From an uncultured bacterium (GTDB taxonomy: Bacteria; Acidobacteriota; HRBIN11; JAKEFK01): DNA of 64,000 bases. The stretch covers positions 8,502 to 72,501 of the forward strand of contig CAVYSN010000021.1 in NCBI GenBank assembly GCA_963771165.1, in the 5' to 3' direction. Position 1 is the stretch's first letter; each line of letters begins with the position of its first letter. This document shows, piece after piece, positions 9,520-17,851 of the stretch. The position numbers and the translations under genes are program-made. The notes under the pieces were generated by a model. That model saw only the letters and a program-made list of their open reading frames with translations, was not told the DNA's origin and ran no database searches.

Positions 9520-10899
9520 ATGAACAGAAAGAGCTTTGCTAATACGGTAATAGGATTCTTTATCGTCATTAGTATTGCCAAATTGATCCTTAACATGAAG
9601 ATGGGGCAACCCACCGGCATAGGATCTGCTCTGTACCTTTACGCCGTCCCGGTTCTTGTCGGAGGTATGCTCCTGTTTTTATTCCTGTTGGAGATGCGTC
9701 TCCGGTGTAGAGCAGCATTTCTTCTCGTATCCCTTTGCGCCTCCCTTTATCTCGTGGAAGTAATTGCGCATTTTTGGTTTCCCTACTATTTCTCATTTCG
9801 AAAGGGCGTAATCTACGATGGCAGAATGAGGAATGATGTGGTAGCACAGATGAAAGCCGATGGTATTGATTGCTATTCGAACATCAGTCCGCAGGATTTC
9901 TTAACTGAAAAAAAAATGCATTCAGGGAAATCGGCTATTCCTCTACTACATCTGGGCTTTATTTCCAATGCGGTCACCGTTCTTTGTAATGAGGGTGGCG
10001 AATTTATAATCTTTCGGACCGATGAGCATGGTTTTAACAATCCGCCGGGAATGTGGAGTAGGGAAATTGATTTTGCATTAGTCGGCGATTCCTTTACTCA
10101 TGGCAGATGCGTTCCACCGGAGAAGAATGTCGCGGGTGTATTGAGAAGACGATACCCTGAAACATTGAATATCGGAATGTCAGGGAATGGTCCGCTGTTC
10201 GTGCTTGCTTGCATTCGCGAATATCTTACGACGCTAAGGCCTGAAGTAGTGATCTGGATGTATTTTGAGGGAAACGACCTGAGTGATCTACATAAAGAAA
10301 AAAAGGACGATATTCTTCCAAAATATTTGAAAAATGATTTCCATCAAGGTGTGATTGAGAAGCAAGCTGAAATCGATGAATTTTTGCGTAACTATGGGGA
10401 TAGCCACGTAAAGCTTCAAAAGAAAATCGATTATCGTAAGGCTTCGCCTCTAATAAGTATTCTAAGACTTACGAATTGGCGAAAAAGGATCAAATCGACG
10501 ATCGAGCGGCCGCCAAGAACAGAAAGACCGTTAGCCCAATGGCCCAAAAATCCATACGATGCCTCTGATCTGAAGCTATTTCGGACCGTCCTCGAAAGGG
10601 CAAGAGACGAAACGCGACGTTGGAACGGCCAGTTGCTGATTGTTTATCTCCCTGACTGGGAAAGATTTTTCCAACCTCTTCAGACGAACAATTATCGCCG
10701 AGAGGTCCTGCAAATATTCGAAGATCTAAAATTGCCTTTCATTGATATCTATGAAGTCTTCAAACTTCACGGCGAACCGCAATCATTGTTTCCTTTCGGT
10801 GAGCCAGGGCACTATTCGGAGGAAGGCTACGCACTGGTCGCAGAATCTGTTCTCCAGAGAATCTCAGCGAAGCCTGACCCACCTCCATCGGGTGACTGA
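9520..10899 (+). CDS. membrane-anchored SGNH/GDSL-like hydrolase or acyl-esterase
   Basis: Three N-terminal TM helices. SGNH blocks are present: LVGDSFTHG (block I), YFEGNDLSD (block III) and GEPGHYSEEGY (block V-like). Confidence 0.55.
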   Translation: MNRKSFANTVIGFFIVISIAKLILNMKMGQPTGIGSALYLYAVPVLVGGMLLFLFLLEMRLRCRAAFLLVSLCASLYLVEVIAHFWFPYYFSFRKGVIYDGRMRNDVVAQMKADGIDCYSNISPQDFLTEKKMHSGKSAIPLLHLGFISNAVTVLCNEGGEFIIFRTDEHGFNNPPGMWSREIDFALVGDSFTHGRCVPPEKNVAGVLRRRYPETLNIGMSGNGPLFVLACIREYLTTLRPEVVIWMYFEGNDLSDLHKEKKDDILPKYLKNDFHQGVIEKQAEIDEFLRNYGDSHVKLQKKIDYRKASPLISILRLTNWRKRIKSTIERPPRTERPLAQWPKNPYDASDLKLFRTVLERARDETRRWNGQLLIVYLPDWERFFQPLQTNNYRREVLQIFEDLKLPFIDIYEVFKLHGEPQSLFPFGEPGHYSEEGYALVAESVLQRISAKPDPPPSGD

Positions 10900-10960
10900 A
10901 TGATCATTTCCTTATTGCGCCTTGCTTCCATATCTTTGCGAAATGGTGTAAAAACGGAAA

Positions 10961-12664
10961 CTACTTCGAAATGCGGATATTGCCCAGATACAGAACGTCC
11001 AGACCACAGGAGTAAAATGTTCGCACCGCATCCTCAGGAGAACAAACAATTGGTTCACCGTTCAGGTTAAAGCTCGTGTTTAGAATAATCGGGATGCCTG
11101 TTTTTTCGCGGAAAGATTGGATAACGCGCTGAAAACGAAGACCATTGTTTTCATTCACGGTTTGTAACCTACCGGTGCCATCTACGTGAACAACGGCCGG
11201 AACTTCGGCTCTTCGCTCTTTGCGAAAAGGAAACACTTTCTCCATGAAAGGAACTTCTGTTCCAGCAGGACAGTCAAAGTAATCCGTAACCGCGTCATCA
11301 AGAATTGCAGGCGCAAAAGGCCGGAAGCTTTCACGATACTTCACGGCAGCGTTTATGATGTCTTTTGTTTCTTTGTGGCGTGGATCTGCCAGAATCGAGC
11401 GGTGCCCCAAAGCGCGCTGGCCAAATTCGCTCTTCTCCTGTAACCAGCCGACCAAACGCCCACCCACAAGATCGTTCGCAGCCGCTTCCGAAGGATCTTC
11501 CAGAACCTGGGCGTTTGGTAATTTCAATTTTTCCACAACGCTGCGGCAATATTCATCGGAGTAACCGGGTCCCCAGTAGCTGTGATATGTCTGATCGGCA
11601 GCACGTTTTCCGGTCCTTTGCGCGCAAACATAAAGAGCAGCCCCCATGGATGTACCCGAATCATCGGGACAACTCGTGATGTAGCACTCCTCAAATGGTG
11701 TACGCGAAGTGATCTTGCCGTTAAAAACACTATTCATGAAACAACCGCCTGTCGCCACAAGTTTTTTGAGCTTTGTTCGATGATACAAATTGGTCAACAC
11801 CTGCACGGCAACTTCTTCAAATACATATTGAAGGGCAGCTCCAATTTTTTCGTGACGCGAAGTGATCTCTTCATTTCTGCCACGCGGCTGGCCAAAAACT
11901 TCCACGAACCTGGGAGAAAACATTAGCGGATCCCACGAATTGAAATAGGAAAAGTATTCCAGCGCGACCGTAAATCGTCCCGAATGATCGACGTGAATTA
12001 ACTTTTGCATCGGAGCAAGGTATTCGTTGTCCGGATTAGCGTACGACGCCAGTGCCATTACTTTCCATTCATCGGAATCAGGTGTGAATCCCAGGAATTG
12101 CGTGACAGCTCCATAGAGGAGTCCAAGCGAGTGCGGATAATCGATTTTTTCCAGAACTTCAAGATTTACGCCTCTGGCCGTGCCGATCAATCCTGTATGC
12201 CTCTCCCCTCGTCCGTCCAATGCCGCGACTGCTGCTTCCTCGTAAGGAGACAAGAAAAATGCATTGCCGAAGTGAGAGTGGTAGTGATCCACATAAGTGA
12301 TAGGCGCAGCGCCTTGCCAGAGGTCGTGCAACGTTACAAGCTCACTCGCCGAATGACGTCCCATCTGTAAAAAGCGAGCAGGTATGGAATGCAAATGCTC
12401 CCCACGCCATCTGCGGCCGGTGACAAAACCGGAAGGTGATGTTTCGGCATCAATGGCGGGATTCCATGAGACAGCAATTTCATCGATATCTTTCATGGAA
12501 AGACCGGTCTGCCGGAAACACTCCTGGATCGCCTTGACCGGAAAGACGCGGCTTAACTTGATTCGATCCAGCCGCTCCTCCGGAATCGCAAACAGAACCT
12601 TGCCATCTTCCACTATGCATGCCGAACAAATGAATACATCGTGACAAACACCTAAGACTTTCAT
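10961..12664 (-). CDS. carbamoyltransferase, NodU/CmcH family
   Basis: 567 aa. The N-terminus MKVLGVCHDVFICSACIVEDGKVLFAIPEERLDRIK and the C-terminal block ILNTSFNLNGEPIVCSPEDA are characteristic of NodU/CmcH O-carbamoyltransferases. Confidence 0.9.
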   Translation of the reverse strand: MKVLGVCHDVFICSACIVEDGKVLFAIPEERLDRIKLSRVFPVKAIQECFRQTGLSMKDIDEIAVSWNPAIDAETSPSGFVTGRRWRGEHLHSIPARFLQMGRHSASELVTLHDLWQGAAPITYVDHYHSHFGNAFFLSPYEEAAVAALDGRGERHTGLIGTARGVNLEVLEKIDYPHSLGLLYGAVTQFLGFTPDSDEWKVMALASYANPDNEYLAPMQKLIHVDHSGRFTVALEYFSYFNSWDPLMFSPRFVEVFGQPRGRNEEITSRHEKIGAALQYVFEEVAVQVLTNLYHRTKLKKLVATGGCFMNSVFNGKITSRTPFEECYITSCPDDSGTSMGAALYVCAQRTGKRAADQTYHSYWGPGYSDEYCRSVVEKLKLPNAQVLEDPSEAAANDLVGGRLVGWLQEKSEFGQRALGHRSILADPRHKETKDIINAAVKYRESFRPFAPAILDDAVTDYFDCPAGTEVPFMEKVFPFRKERRAEVPAVVHVDGTGRLQTVNENNGLRFQRVIQSFREKTGIPIILNTSFNLNGEPIVCSPEDAVRTFYSCGLDVLYLGNIRISK

Positions 12665-12889
12665 CGTACTCCCTTAAAGATTGTCAATCTTGAACGAACT
12701 ATTGTAGCGTGAATGACCGGACGTAACCATTCCTGGCTCCTATCTTCCCCCAAAGCAAATTGCACAAAATTGGACACGGGCACAATAAATGTCGTCTCCA
12801 CAAGGTTTTTTACGCCTGGTAGAGTACGATTTATCGCTCATACGCTTATTCTGTAAGAAAACCGGGAGTCAGACGACTATTCCAATGAA

Positions 12890-14215
12890 ATGGGTACAAA
12901 AATCCTGATCCTTGGCGGCGGATTCGGCGGTCTGTATGCGGCCCTTCATTTGGAAAAGCATTTGAAGAATGGTTCGGATATCGAAGTTACGCTGGTCAAT
13001 CGCGAAAATTTCTTTCTTTTTACTCCGATGCTTCATGAAGTTGCTGCAGCCGATCTGGATCTCGCACATATCGTCAATCCATTCCGGAAAATGTTGCGCC
13101 GCGTGAATTTCTTCAACGGTAAAGTCAAGAGCATTGATCTCCAATCCAAACGGGTTCTCGCTTTCCACGGTGATGAATTGCATCATCATGAGCTGGAATA
13201 CGATCATCTCGTGCTTTCCCTGGGTGGAATCACCAACTTTTTCAACATTCCCGGTCTGGAAGATCGCGCGCTTACTATGAAATCGCTGGGAGATGCGATC
13301 TATTTACGGAACCGCATGGTGGCCAATCTGGAAGAAGCCGACTTCGAATGCTTTTTGGAGAAACGACAGAGCCGTCTGACCTACGTTGTTGCGGGGGGAG
13401 GCTTTGCAGGAGTCGAAACAATAGCATCCATGAACGATTTTCTTCGCAGTGCCATCCGGTTTTATCCGCATTTAACAGAAGACATGCTCCGGATTGTGCT
13501 TGTTCATCCAGGCCCTGTGATTCTGCCGGAGCTCGGTGAAAAGCTTGGGGTGTATACACAACGAAAACTAACGGAAAGAAAAGTTGAGATTCGCGTCAAC
13601 ACAAGAGTCTCGGGTATCTCAGAAGGCGGCGTACAACTGAATGATGGAAACTGGATCGATAGCAGGACGCTGGTTTGGACTGCAGGTGTTTCGCCGAATC
13701 CACTGCTTCAAGATCTCCCTTGCGAAAAAGACCGCGGAAAACTGAAAGTGAACGGATTCATGGAAGTGGAAGGATGGCAGGGTGTTTGGGCTCTTGGGGA
13801 TTGCGCCATCGTTCCTGATCCAAAAACCGGAAAACCATGTCCCCCTACAGCCCAACATGCGTTAAGACAGGGAAAGGTGCTTGCCGAAAACATCCTTGCG
13901 GATATCCGAGGCGGAAAGAAAAAGAAGTTTGCATTCTCTACGCTCGGGTTACTCGCATCGATCGGACATCGAACGGGGGTCGCCAATATCCTTGGAATAA
14001 ACTTTTCCGGATTCATCGCATGGTGGATGTGGCGAACGATTTATCTCAGCAAGCTGCCCGGATTTGAAAAGAAAATTCGCGTGGCTCTAGACTGGACTCT
14101 CGATCTATTGTTTTCAAAGGATCTGGTCCAGTTTCTCACTCTACGTTCCCCCTCCATGTCAGACGGCAAAGAAGCAGAGCATGCTGAGGATTATGCAGAG
14201 GTGTGCCCGCTTTGA
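12890..14215 (+). CDS. ndh: type II NADH:quinone oxidoreductase (NDH-2)
   Basis: KILILGGGFGGLYAA dinucleotide fold, FTPMLHEVA, a second GGGFAGVE fold, and GDCA near the C-terminus. Confidence 0.8.
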   Translation: MGTKILILGGGFGGLYAALHLEKHLKNGSDIEVTLVNRENFFLFTPMLHEVAAADLDLAHIVNPFRKMLRRVNFFNGKVKSIDLQSKRVLAFHGDELHHHELEYDHLVLSLGGITNFFNIPGLEDRALTMKSLGDAIYLRNRMVANLEEADFECFLEKRQSRLTYVVAGGGFAGVETIASMNDFLRSAIRFYPHLTEDMLRIVLVHPGPVILPELGEKLGVYTQRKLTERKVEIRVNTRVSGISEGGVQLNDGNWIDSRTLVWTAGVSPNPLLQDLPCEKDRGKLKVNGFMEVEGWQGVWALGDCAIVPDPKTGKPCPPTAQHALRQGKVLAENILADIRGGKKKKFAFSTLGLLASIGHRTGVANILGINFSGFIAWWMWRTIYLSKLPGFEKKIRVALDWTLDLLFSKDLVQFLTLRSPSMSDGKEAEHAEDYAEVCPL

Positions 14216-14257
14216 ACCTGGAACATGGGTCGTTGAACTTTTTTTAGGAGGAATGAT

Positions 14258-15826
14258 ATGGCATCGGATGGTAAGTATGACGTGATCATCATTGGCTCGG
14301 GCGCGGGTGGCGGCACGCTGGCATACAAGCTCGCTCCTTCCGGGAAAAGGATTTTGTTGCTGGAGCGCGGCGATTACGTGACCCGTGAGAAGGATAATTG
14401 GGATCCGACTGCTGTTAACGTCCATGGAAAATATCAAACGAAAGAGAAGTGGTCCGACAGCGATGGCAAAGAACTCCACCCGCATACGAATTACTATGTT
14501 GGAGGAAACACAAAATTTTATGGCGCGGCTCTTTTCCGGCTTCGTAAGGAAGATTTTGGGGAGCTCAGGCATCACGGCGGCATTTCACCTGCCTGGCCGA
14601 TCACATATGATGAGCTGGAACCCTATTACACAAAAGCCGAAGAGCTTTATCACGTTCACGGCCTGAGAAAGGAAGATCCCACAGAACCGGAGGCGAGCGC
14701 TCCTTATCCACATCCGCCTGTAAGCCATGAACCCAGGATGCAGCAGCTCAGCGAAGATTTCGCCGCGCAGGGTCTGCGACCATTCCATGTTCCGATCGGT
14801 ATCATGCTGGATGAAAGGAACAATCGCACCAGCACCTGCATCCGATGCAATACTTGTGATGGTTTTCCCTGTCTGATCAATGCCAAAGCAGACGCTCAAG
14901 TTTGCGCGATCGATCCCGCGTTAAAGCATTCCAATGTTACTTTACTCACAAACGCTAAGGCTGAACAGCTGATGACTGATCCTTCGGGCCGGAGTGTAAC
15001 GAAAGTGCGGGTTCGGCGAGGTGATACCGTCGAAGAATACTCTGCTGATATTGTTGTGGTTTCCTGCGGCGCCATCAATTCAGCTGCGTTGCTCTTGCGC
15101 TCTGCTAACGGTAGACATCCGCGCGGATTAGCCAATAGCTCGGATGTTGTCGGCCGTCACTATATGGGGCATGTCAATTCCGTGCTGATGGCACTCTCCA
15201 AATGTCCAAACCCGACGATTTTTCAAAAGACCCTCGGCGTCAATGATTTTTACTTCCGTTCGCAAGATTGGGACTTCCCGATGGGGCATATTTCGTTTGT
15301 TGGAAAATTGGATGGGGCCACATTGAAAGCAGGAGCCCCTGCCATTGCTCCGGGATGGACACTCGATCTTATGGCGAAACATTCGATCGATTTCTGGCTG
15401 ACATCAGAAGATTTGCCTGATCCAAACAACCGTGTGACTCTGGATACGGCAGGTAAGATTGTGCTTTCTTACAAACCCAACAATGAAGAGGGCCACAAAC
15501 GTCTGATCAAGAAACTTGAAAGCTTGATGAAACAACAACGGAAGTGCGAAATGCACGGACATGATTGCCACGAAGGCCTGTTTGCACGCCATTTATTTCT
15601 TGGACAGCGGATTCCTTTGGCCGGCGTTGCGCATCAAAATGGAACCATTCGGTTCGGTCATGATCCAAAAACTTCAGTGCTCGATAAGAACTGTAAAACT
15701 CATGATCTGGACAACGTTTATGTTGTGGATGGAAGTTTCTTTCCTTCCAGCGGAGCTGTGAATCCCGCATTAACGATCATGGCGAATGCTCTGCGCGTTG
15801 GCGATCGGATTCTGGAGCGGATGTGA
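14258..15826 (+). CDS. GMC family oxidoreductase
   Basis: YDVIIIGSGAGGGTLAYKLA FAD fold and C-terminal VDGSFFPSSGAVNPALTIMA GMC signature. RBS AGGAGGA precedes the start. Confidence 0.85.
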   Translation: MASDGKYDVIIIGSGAGGGTLAYKLAPSGKRILLLERGDYVTREKDNWDPTAVNVHGKYQTKEKWSDSDGKELHPHTNYYVGGNTKFYGAALFRLRKEDFGELRHHGGISPAWPITYDELEPYYTKAEELYHVHGLRKEDPTEPEASAPYPHPPVSHEPRMQQLSEDFAAQGLRPFHVPIGIMLDERNNRTSTCIRCNTCDGFPCLINAKADAQVCAIDPALKHSNVTLLTNAKAEQLMTDPSGRSVTKVRVRRGDTVEEYSADIVVVSCGAINSAALLLRSANGRHPRGLANSSDVVGRHYMGHVNSVLMALSKCPNPTIFQKTLGVNDFYFRSQDWDFPMGHISFVGKLDGATLKAGAPAIAPGWTLDLMAKHSIDFWLTSEDLPDPNNRVTLDTAGKIVLSYKPNNEEGHKRLIKKLESLMKQQRKCEMHGHDCHEGLFARHLFLGQRIPLAGVAHQNGTIRFGHDPKTSVLDKNCKTHDLDNVYVVDGSFFPSSGAVNPALTIMANALRVGDRILERM

Positions 15827-15837
15827 TAAGGAGCAAA

Positions 15838-16923
15838 GTGACGCGGAGGTTTGTAGCGCCCGCGTCCCGTGGGCTGAGCTTGAGCTCAGGAGCCCGCCAG
15901 AGGCGGGCGTTACAAACGGCTCCATTTACACTTTTTGTTGCTTCGTTGCTGGCTTTTTGGCTGCAGGTTTCCGCTGCATTCGCAGGAGTTACAGTCGATT
16001 CGATCGGAATCACAGTTTCCGATCTGGATCGCGCCGTAGATTTCTATTCGACAGTTCTCTCATTCGAAAAAGTATCGGAAACCGAAGTCACCGGAACGGA
16101 GTACGAGCAACTCCAGGGAGTATTTGGTGCTCGTATTCGAGTGGCCCGGCTCCGGCTTGGTGATGAATACATTGAGCTCCTGGATTATCTTGCACCGGAA
16201 GGGCGTCCGGCGCCGGTCGATTTTCAAAGCAACGATCGATGGTTCCAGCATATCGCGATCATCGTTAGTGACATGGACAAAGCCTATCAATGGCTGCGCC
16301 GGCACAAAGTGCAGCATGCATCGACCGGTCCGCAGCTGCTGCCTGCGTGGAATAAGAACGCCGGGGGCATCAGCGCGTTTTATTTTCGCGACCCGGATGG
16401 CCATCATCTGGAAATCTTGAGCTTCCCGCCGGACAAAGGAAATCCGAAATGGCGCCAGCGCACGGACAAGCTATTCCTGGGAATCGATCATACTGCAGTT
16501 GTCGTGGGGAGCACGGATACGAGTCTGAAATTTTATAGAGATACACTGGGATTTGAGGTCGCCGGCGAAAGCGAAAATTATGGGATTGAACAGGAGCGCT
16601 TGAACAACGTGTTTGGCGCCCGCTTGCACATTACGAGCATGAAACCGGAGGCCGGCCCTTCCGTTGAATTTCTTGAATATCTAACTCCGCGAACCGGACG
16701 TCCATTACCCCTCGACACCCGCACAAATGATTTGATCAACTGGCAAACTAAGATACTTACAACGAATGTCGAAGCATTCTGGAAAAAAATGAATGGCTCT
16801 GTTTTCATATCTCCAGGTGTGGTAAATATCAATGGAAACCATTTGAATTTTAGAAAGGGGTTTCTAGTGCGTGATCCCGATGGGCACGTCATGCAGATTG
16901 TTGAGAATAATTTTCACCGCTGA
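15838..16923 (+). CDS. secreted tandem VOC (glyoxalase/dioxygenase-fold) protein
   Basis: Two repeats of the VOC pattern (IGITVSDLDRAVDFY.. and IDHTAVVVGSTDTSLKFY.. each ending ..DPDGH..). I chose the GTG at 15838 behind AAGGAG. The N-terminus looks like a signal peptide. Confidence 0.7.
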   Translation: MTRRFVAPASRGLSLSSGARQRRALQTAPFTLFVASLLAFWLQVSAAFAGVTVDSIGITVSDLDRAVDFYSTVLSFEKVSETEVTGTEYEQLQGVFGARIRVARLRLGDEYIELLDYLAPEGRPAPVDFQSNDRWFQHIAIIVSDMDKAYQWLRRHKVQHASTGPQLLPAWNKNAGGISAFYFRDPDGHHLEILSFPPDKGNPKWRQRTDKLFLGIDHTAVVVGSTDTSLKFYRDTLGFEVAGESENYGIEQERLNNVFGARLHITSMKPEAGPSVEFLEYLTPRTGRPLPLDTRTNDLINWQTKILTTNVEAFWKKMNGSVFISPGVVNINGNHLNFRKGFLVRDPDGHVMQIVENNFHR

Positions 16924-16933
16924 GTACGCGGAG

Positions 16934-16980
16934 ACCGCAGAGTCATAAAGAATTTCATCTTACTCGGCGTTCTCTGCGGT
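16934..16980. repeat. intergenic inverted repeat (ACCGCAGAG / CTCTGCGGT, 29-nt loop), CAGAG-type hairpin
   Basis: Arms at 16934-16942 and 16972-16980 are exact reverse complements. The element sits right after the VOC stop and has the same flavour as the element at 24047-24117. Confidence 0.55.
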
Positions 16981-16999
16981 GCAAAATGGAGTGTTTTCT

Positions 17000-17566
17000 A
17001 TGTCTGAAAATCGTAGATTGTTTATCCCGGTCATATTAGGTACAAGCCGTCAAGGGCGTATGAGTGAACACGTGGCACGGTTTGTCACGGAAGAAGTAGG
17101 CAAGGGCGAAGAAATCACCACGCAGCTTATCGATATTCGAGAATTGCATCTGCCGGTCAATGATGCGGGTGAGTCGATCAAGGATCCTGGCTTTTCTGAC
17201 ATCTGCAATCGCGCAGACGGTTTCGTGATTGTCACTCCGGAATACAATCACGGTTATCCAGGTCTGTTGAAGCACGTGCTTGACAGCAATCTGAAAGAAT
17301 ACATTCACAAAGCTGTAGGAATTGTGGGCGTTTCCGCCGGGCCTTGGGGGGGAACGCGCGCCATCCAGAATCTTTTGCCCGTGATGCGGGAGCTGGGACT
17401 CGTTACAATCTTTTGGGATGGCAATTTTTCCAGCGTACAAAAAGTTTTCGATTCTGACGGGAAGCTCCTGGATCATGCTTACAGTCGGCGTCTGGATAAA
17501 TTCATCAAAGAATTGATCTGGATGGCAAAAGTTTTGCGATACGGCAGGGAGAATGTCAGTCTGTAA
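17000..17566 (+). CDS. NADPH-dependent FMN reductase family protein
   Basis: FIPVILGTSRQGRMSE..FVIVTPEYNHGYPGLLKHVLD is the classic NADPH-dependent FMN reductase pattern. ATG at 17000 follows GGAG. Confidence 0.8.
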   Translation: MSENRRLFIPVILGTSRQGRMSEHVARFVTEEVGKGEEITTQLIDIRELHLPVNDAGESIKDPGFSDICNRADGFVIVTPEYNHGYPGLLKHVLDSNLKEYIHKAVGIVGVSAGPWGGTRAIQNLLPVMRELGLVTIFWDGNFSSVQKVFDSDGKLLDHAYSRRLDKFIKELIWMAKVLRYGRENVSL

Positions 17567-17567
17567 C

Positions 17568-17639
17568 GGGCGCAATGAATTGCGCCCCTACAAACCTGCA
17601 AACTGTGTAAGCATAGTAGGGGCGACATTTATGGCGCCC
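17568..17639. repeat. pair of inverted REP-like GC hairpin units
   Basis: GGGCGCAATGAATTGCGCCCCTAC (17568-17591) pairs with GTAGGGGCGACATTTATGGCGCCC (17616-17639). The two are 20/24 identical after reverse-complementing. The first unit is itself a hairpin and starts 2 nt after the FMN reductase stop. Confidence 0.65.
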
Positions 17640-17668
17640 GTGTTCCAGTTTGAGCACCGGAGGTTTGT

Positions 17669-17848
17669 ATGAGCAAAAATAAAATGTTGTGTCCGGATTG
17701 CGGCGTTGAGATGAACCACCATGCCGACAAAGTTGATTACAACGTTCAAGACGCATCCAAAATCGATCCCGCATTCGGTGGAATTGTCGAAGAAGCGTAC
17801 ACTTGCCCGATGTGCGGACGAACGCACACCCGCCCCCAAGAAAACTAA
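17669..17848 (+). CDS. 59-aa zinc-ribbon protein (two CxxC pairs), below the ORF-track size cutoff
   Basis: Translation MSKNKMLCPDCGVEMNHHADKVDYNVQDASKIDPAFGGIVEEAYTCPMCGRTHTRPQEN has CPDC...CPMC. GGAGG sits 7 nt upstream of the ATG. The antisense track ORFs 17556..17774 and 17588..17839 look spurious. Confidence 0.55.
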   Translation: MSKNKMLCPDCGVEMNHHADKVDYNVQDASKIDPAFGGIVEEAYTCPMCGRTHTRPQEN

Positions 17849-17851
17849 GCT

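Noticed and set aside
17556-17839. Two minus-strand ORFs (72 and 83 aa) in the FMN reductase / debranching enzyme gap
   Set aside because: One translates the REP hairpins (..VGAQFIAPV..). Both are antisense to the better-supported 59-aa zinc-ribbon ORF, which has an RBS.
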